NCBI GenBank assembly: GCA_000165345.1
Contig: CM000435.1
Span: forward strand, 352,001 to 416,000
DNA length: 64,000 nucleotides
Direction of reading: 5' to 3'
The position numbers were made by a program, and so were the translations under genes. This document shows positions 59,879-64,000 of this stretch, one piece after another (positions within the stretch are counted from its first letter, which is position 1; the number at the start of each line of letters is the position of its first letter). The notes below the pieces were generated by a model. It did no database searches, was not told the origin of the DNA, and saw only the letters and a program-made list of their open reading frames with translations.

Positions 59879-60386
59879 CAAGTGTGGTGCTGATGGGATT
59901 AAGAAAATAATAATTAAATATTCAAAAAGCGAGAAGGAAAAAAAAACAAGGAGCTAAAATATAGAAAATCCTTTTCAAAAATTTTCTTGATGCCTCACTA
60001 ATGGACTAGTTTTATAAGTTGAGAGTCTCGCTAGTATTTACTCCGAGTTGAATCATAAGTTTCTATACAAAATATCTTGCTTATTTTACCTACAAAAGTT
60101 AACTTGGCTATCCTATTCTGTCAACATGCATGAAAAATACGCCGGTATTCAACTTGGCAAAAAATTAATTTTTTTAAATTCGAAAATTGTTAAAAAACAT
60201 TGTGGCGCTAAAACAAGTAGTGTCTAATAGTCAAAAGAGATTATTTTAAAATAAAGAAAAGGCAAAGAAGATTTTCCGGTTAAGTTTGGAGAACGAAAAT
60301 AGAGAAAATACCAGTCTTTAGGAGATCATACTAAGATACTTAAGGTTCTGGTTAATATTTTGAGTAATTATCCACTTTTGTTATAA

Positions 60387-60857
60387 GTGTTATATATATT
60401 TATATATATGTCAAAAGCAAAACGAGAGAGAGCAATAGTATATGTAGGCCATATTCCATTTGGATTATTTGAGCCTCAACTCAAAGAATACTTTTCTCAG
60501 TTTGGTAAGATTTTGAGGATTAAGCTGAGCAGGTCCAAGAAGAATGGTCACTCGAGAGGATATGCATTTATTGAATTTGAATCAATGGAAGTGGCTCAGA
60601 TTGCAGCCTCAACTATGAACAATTATATTATTTTTAAGAGAAGTCTCAAATGTCACGTGCTTCCTAAAGAAAGCATTCACCCATACATTTTTATTAGGTC
60701 AAAGAAGAAGAATTCTTCTGAATCTAATAATGCCTTAACTGAAGATGAAAAACAAGCAAAGATTGATAAGTCTGTTCTTTCTAAGAAAAAGAAGCTACTT
60801 AAAATCAATAAAATTCTTGAAAATAATAATATAAATTACAAGCTTCCTTCTGTGTAG
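60387..60857 (+). CDS. Nop15/NIFK-like nucleolar RRM protein
   Basis: Single RRM (IVYVGHIPFGLFEPQLKEYFSQFGKILRIKLSRSKKNGHSRGYAFIEFESMEVAQIA) followed by a Lys-rich tail. The architecture matches Nop15/NIFK. Confidence 0.65.
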   Translation: MLYIFIYMSKAKRERAIVYVGHIPFGLFEPQLKEYFSQFGKILRIKLSRSKKNGHSRGYAFIEFESMEVAQIAASTMNNYIIFKRSLKCHVLPKESIHPYIFIRSKKKNSSESNNALTEDEKQAKIDKSVLSKKKKLLKINKILENNNINYKLPSV

Positions 60858-61104
60858 TTTTGTTATTTTATATCGTTTTTTTTATATATCTTTTTTTTCT
60901 AATTTATTATTTTTTTTTTTTCCTTTCCCATCTTGCATTTCTTTTTTCTTTCCCATCCAACTCTCTTATTCCTAATTCTTTCTTCCCAGCTCTTTCCTAC
61001 TTCTCTTTTATCCAGATTTAAGCTCTTTCTATCTCGAGCTCTCTGATTATCCAAACCAAAACTTATCCTTTATTTTTCCTCTTGAATTTATGTGGGTTTC
61101 CAAA

Positions 61105-61131
61105 CTGTATATACCGGTGTTTTGGCGCCAA
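61105..61131. promoter_or_regulatory. ATACCGGTG plus TTTTGGCGCCAA element upstream of the NSUN2-like gene
   Basis: tatataccggtgttttggcgccaacatc. Confidence 0.5.
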
Positions 61132-61178
61132 CATCTGGTGTAAAAATAGACCAAGGAAAAGTGGGTTTATTGGTCAAA

Positions 61179-63227
61179 ATGGTGAAGGAAGAAAGTAACA
61201 AAAGAAAAAGAGACAACTCCAGGAGATCTGAGTTAGAAAATGTCTCTGTTGAAGGAGAACTTAAGAACAACGACTCATTTACTCCTTTTGAAAAGTCCAA
61301 TCCAATATTTGAGAATTACTATAGATTACAACAAATATGTACTGAAAATGAGTTCCAAGATTTCATTCATTCTCTTTCTTCTCAGCTTCCAACAACTCTA
61401 AGAGTTAATATTTCCCACCCATTGCACTCATTATTAGAGTTTCTTCTCAACGCTGAAACAGAAAAATTATATAATAATAATGCTATTTTCAACTTGAAAA
61501 GACTAAGTAAGAATTGTAAGTTATATTTGATAACTGAATATTCCAGAAAAATGCTCAAGAAAGAGTCTCAGCTAGCTAAGCTACACAGCTTCATAGTTTC
61601 TCAAGATGAGTTTGGAACCCTATCAAGTCAGGAACTTGTTTCCATGTTGCCTTGTATATGTCTTGATCCCAAACCAGGCCACTTCGTTCTAGATTTGTGT
61701 TCTGCTCCTGGAAGCAAATCTACTCAAATCTTAGATATGATTCTCTCATCAAGAGATGACCAACTTGGGATAGCATGCAAAAAAGGTTTATTAATTTGTA
61801 ATGATGTAAGCTCAAAAAGATTGGATACGCTCTCATCTCGTCTAAGTAGAATACCATCTCCCAATGTTCTAATCACTTGTATAGATGCATCTTTTTTTCC
61901 AACTTTTAAACCAAGTAAAACTACTATTACTTCTCCTTTCCAGTTTGACAGAATACTTGTAGATTCTATTTGTTCTGGTGATGGGACACTCAGAAAAAAT
62001 CCCGATATATGGACAATATGGAAGCCTGAAAAAGCTTTAAGCCTCCATAAAAAGCAAGTTTCCTTGCTTTCCAGAGCATTTAAACTACTAAAGAATGGAG
62101 GAAAACTTGTTTACTCAACATGCAGCCTAAATCCCATAGAGAATGAAGCAGTTATCTCTACTCTATTACGAAAGTTCCCCGATGCAAAACTTATAAGTCC
62201 AACAAACCTGGATGAAAGAGAATTTGAAATTTCTAAGGGTCTTAGGACATGGGGAGTTCATTTTGAACTAAAAGAACAAAACAAACTTCAACTTTTTGAT
62301 ACTTTAGATGAAGTCCCAGATACTCCTTTTAAGGAAAAGCTTACAGAAAGTATGTTCCCTGATAAAGAATGGTACGAGTCTGACAATTTCATGAGATGTT
62401 TTAGAGTATTACCCCATAGAAACGATACTGGAGGGTTCTTTTTTGCAGTTGTTCAAAAAAATGGACCTGATGAAATACCTCAAATCGAACAAAGATCAGA
62501 ATCCTCATCATGCAAATATGAGACAGTTGAAACAAAGGATTTGGAACCTATATTAAGCTTTTATGGGCTTGATAATCAGAATATACAAGGAAAACTTATG
62601 AAAGGTATTGAAAATTTTCCATCCAAAATTAAGAATCATTTAAATAGTATAAATTCTATAGAAAAATCATCTTTTGTAAAAAGAAAGTCTCATGATAAAA
62701 CTATTTATCTCATTGGGGAAGATGTCTCAAAGCTTATTATGAATTATAATCTAGAATTAGATCTTAGATCAGTAGGTATCAGAGCATTTGAGTATCTTAA
62801 AGGTAAAATTTCTGGAGATGGAAGATGCAAATGGAGAATTAACCAGAATTCATCCAGTTATTTAGTTAGATTAATGAAAAGAAGACTAATCTTTGTGAGT
62901 ATCTCATTACTAGATTTACTTGATGATGAAAATAAATTCATTGGAGGTAAAGAAATTTTGGATCTTGAAAAGAAAGGAGAACTTCTTGGGTTGAAAGAAC
63001 TTTGTTCTGGAATATCACAGGAGAAGAAATTAGAAAGTGGTGGAATTTTAGTAGTAATTTTACCTCCAAGTATTATAAATTATGGAGGAAACAGTAAAGT
63101 AAATCCAAACTTTAAAGAATTAGACCAAGGAGTCCCTCTCTCGGGAATTCTATATGAAGATTCAGGAATAAATTTTTTCGTTTCAAAGAATGAAATAAAA
63201 TCTATTAAAGAGTTAATATTAATTTAA
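61179..63227 (+). CDS. NOL1/NOP2/Sun-family tRNA (cytosine-5) methyltransferase (NSUN2/Trm4-like)
   Basis: SAM-binding motif DLCSAPGSKSTQ. Catalytic Cys motifs (DRILVDSICSGDGTLRKNPD and VYSTCSLNPIENEAV). The start is set at the Met at 61179 because the TTTTGGCGCCAA motif at 61120 falls inside the longer ORF-track ORF (61092). Confidence 0.75.
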   Translation: MVKEESNKRKRDNSRRSELENVSVEGELKNNDSFTPFEKSNPIFENYYRLQQICTENEFQDFIHSLSSQLPTTLRVNISHPLHSLLEFLLNAETEKLYNNNAIFNLKRLSKNCKLYLITEYSRKMLKKESQLAKLHSFIVSQDEFGTLSSQELVSMLPCICLDPKPGHFVLDLCSAPGSKSTQILDMILSSRDDQLGIACKKGLLICNDVSSKRLDTLSSRLSRIPSPNVLITCIDASFFPTFKPSKTTITSPFQFDRILVDSICSGDGTLRKNPDIWTIWKPEKALSLHKKQVSLLSRAFKLLKNGGKLVYSTCSLNPIENEAVISTLLRKFPDAKLISPTNLDEREFEISKGLRTWGVHFELKEQNKLQLFDTLDEVPDTPFKEKLTESMFPDKEWYESDNFMRCFRVLPHRNDTGGFFFAVVQKNGPDEIPQIEQRSESSSCKYETVETKDLEPILSFYGLDNQNIQGKLMKGIENFPSKIKNHLNSINSIEKSSFVKRKSHDKTIYLIGEDVSKLIMNYNLELDLRSVGIRAFEYLKGKISGDGRCKWRINQNSSSYLVRLMKRRLIFVSISLLDLLDDENKFIGGKEILDLEKKGELLGLKELCSGISQEKKLESGGILVVILPPSIINYGGNSKVNPNFKELDQGVPLSGILYEDSGINFFVSKNEIKSIKELILI

Positions 63228-63310
63228 GAAAGTAGTTAAGTATTTAAGTAAATATAATATAGAATAGGATAGAATACTAAGCCTAATATATAATATTAAG
63301 CGTGAGACAT

Positions 63311-64000
63311 CTAAAATCCCATACCTCCAAACATCTTCTGAAAATCTGGAGAACCCTGGAACTTATCCATTTCCCTCATCATATTCATCATATTTTGAGC
63401 TCCTCCCATATGTTTAAATATTCTGGGGTCAATAGCCTTTTGCATCTTTTGTATGAGTTGAGTAGGATTCTTCATAATAGATGACATATCCAATCCTCCT
63501 TTCTTTCCTAAACCAAGCTTACCAATCTGTCCAACCATCTTGGAGAACATTTTATGCTGAGAAAGAAGTTCTTGAACATCTTGATTAGAAGTTCCACTTC
63601 CCCTGGAAATACGCTCTACTCTGGAAGCATTAATCGTCTTTTCATTATCTAATTCACTTTCTGTCATAGAATCCATAATGACCATGAATTTCTTAAGCCT
63701 TTCTATACCCGCCTGTTCATCTTCTTTTGCAAGGATATTTGGACCCATTCCAGGAATCATAGACAAAAGAGCACTTGGAGAACCCATATTCAACATATTC
63801 TGGAACTGTTCGTACATATCTCTCAAAGTAAATATACCTTGAACAAGCCTATTAACCATATCTGGCTGTCTATCTAAGGGAACAACTTCGTTAATCTTAG
63901 CCATTAAACCACTAATATCTCCAAGTCCAAGTAATCTGGAAACGAATCCTTTGGTTTCAAAAGGTTCAAACTCATCAAAATGCTCTCCAGTTCCAATAAA
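63311..64000 (-). CDS. SRP54: Signal recognition particle 54 kDa protein, C-terminal part (the gene continues past the window end)
   Basis: The Met-rich M-domain (MGSPSALLSMIPGMGPN..., GGMGF C-terminus) and the preceding G-domain end (FVSRLLGLGDISGL) run in frame to position 64000 with no start codon in the window. Confidence 0.8.
   Translation of the reverse strand, partial: FIGTGEHFDEFEPFETKGFVSRLLGLGDISGLMAKINEVVPLDRQPDMVNRLVQGIFTLRDMYEQFQNMLNMGSPSALLSMIPGMGPNILAKEDEQAGIERLKKFMVIMDSMTESELDNEKTINASRVERISRGSGTSNQDVQELLSQHKMFSKMVGQIGKLGLGKKGGLDMSSIMKNPTQLIQKMQKAIDPRIFKHMGGAQNMMNMMREMDKFQGSPDFQKMFGGMGF

Noticed and set aside
1-64000. Prokaryotic feature classes (CRISPR arrays, operons, IS elements, rho-independent terminators)
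   Set aside because: The sequence is clearly eukaryotic: spliceosomal introns with GTAAGT donors, eukaryote-specific genes (SRP54, NOB1, ATAD3, RPS27 eS27, PPIP5K). No direct-repeat arrays or transposase ORFs are present.

Overview
This window is an AT-rich (about 30% GC), gene-dense eukaryotic sequence. I count about 34 protein-coding genes on both strands, with mostly short intergenic spacers, a minority of intron-containing genes, and scattered ambiguous bases (n). The best organism guess is an apicomplexan of the Cryptosporidium lineage. The support is the upstream motifs (E2F-like TTGGCGCC/TTTGGCGGG and GCATGCA 'G-box' elements), the very compact layout and the uniform GTAAGT splice donors. 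This is inferred from sequence features only, not from a database search. There are no rRNA or tRNA genes, and no CRISPR arrays or mobile elements (the organism is eukaryotic).

Recognisable housekeeping genes:
- ATAD3 AAA ATPase
- Cgr1
- PhoD-like phosphatase
- TPR protein (possible APC/C subunit)
- RPS27
- Tad3/ADAT3
- TrpRS
- PPIP5K/Vip1
- a six-exon FKBP-TPR gene
- NOB1
- a three-exon AspRS
- DHHC palmitoyltransferase
- a CCDC12-like two-exon gene
- RNase Z
- UNG
- Mrt4
- Nop15/NIFK
- NSUN2/Trm4
- SRP54 (partial)

The first 14 kb is a cluster of genes for secreted or membrane proteins. Within it sits the most unusual item: a head-to-head pair of paralogous six-transmembrane proteins. Both carry the ABCD/SbmA-BacA-type transmembrane-domain signature motifs (..SQRIQED.. 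and E..FRK) and have no nucleotide-binding domain.

Other points worth a second look:
- A recurring composite intergenic element (GCATGCAAACA, ACCAGTT, ACCGGT, CACGTAAT) that also occurs between convergent genes and inside introns.
- A possible unannotated two-exon micro-gene at 8215-8500.
- An unusually long, motif-rich AspRS intron.
- Two ORF-free regions, each over 1 kb.
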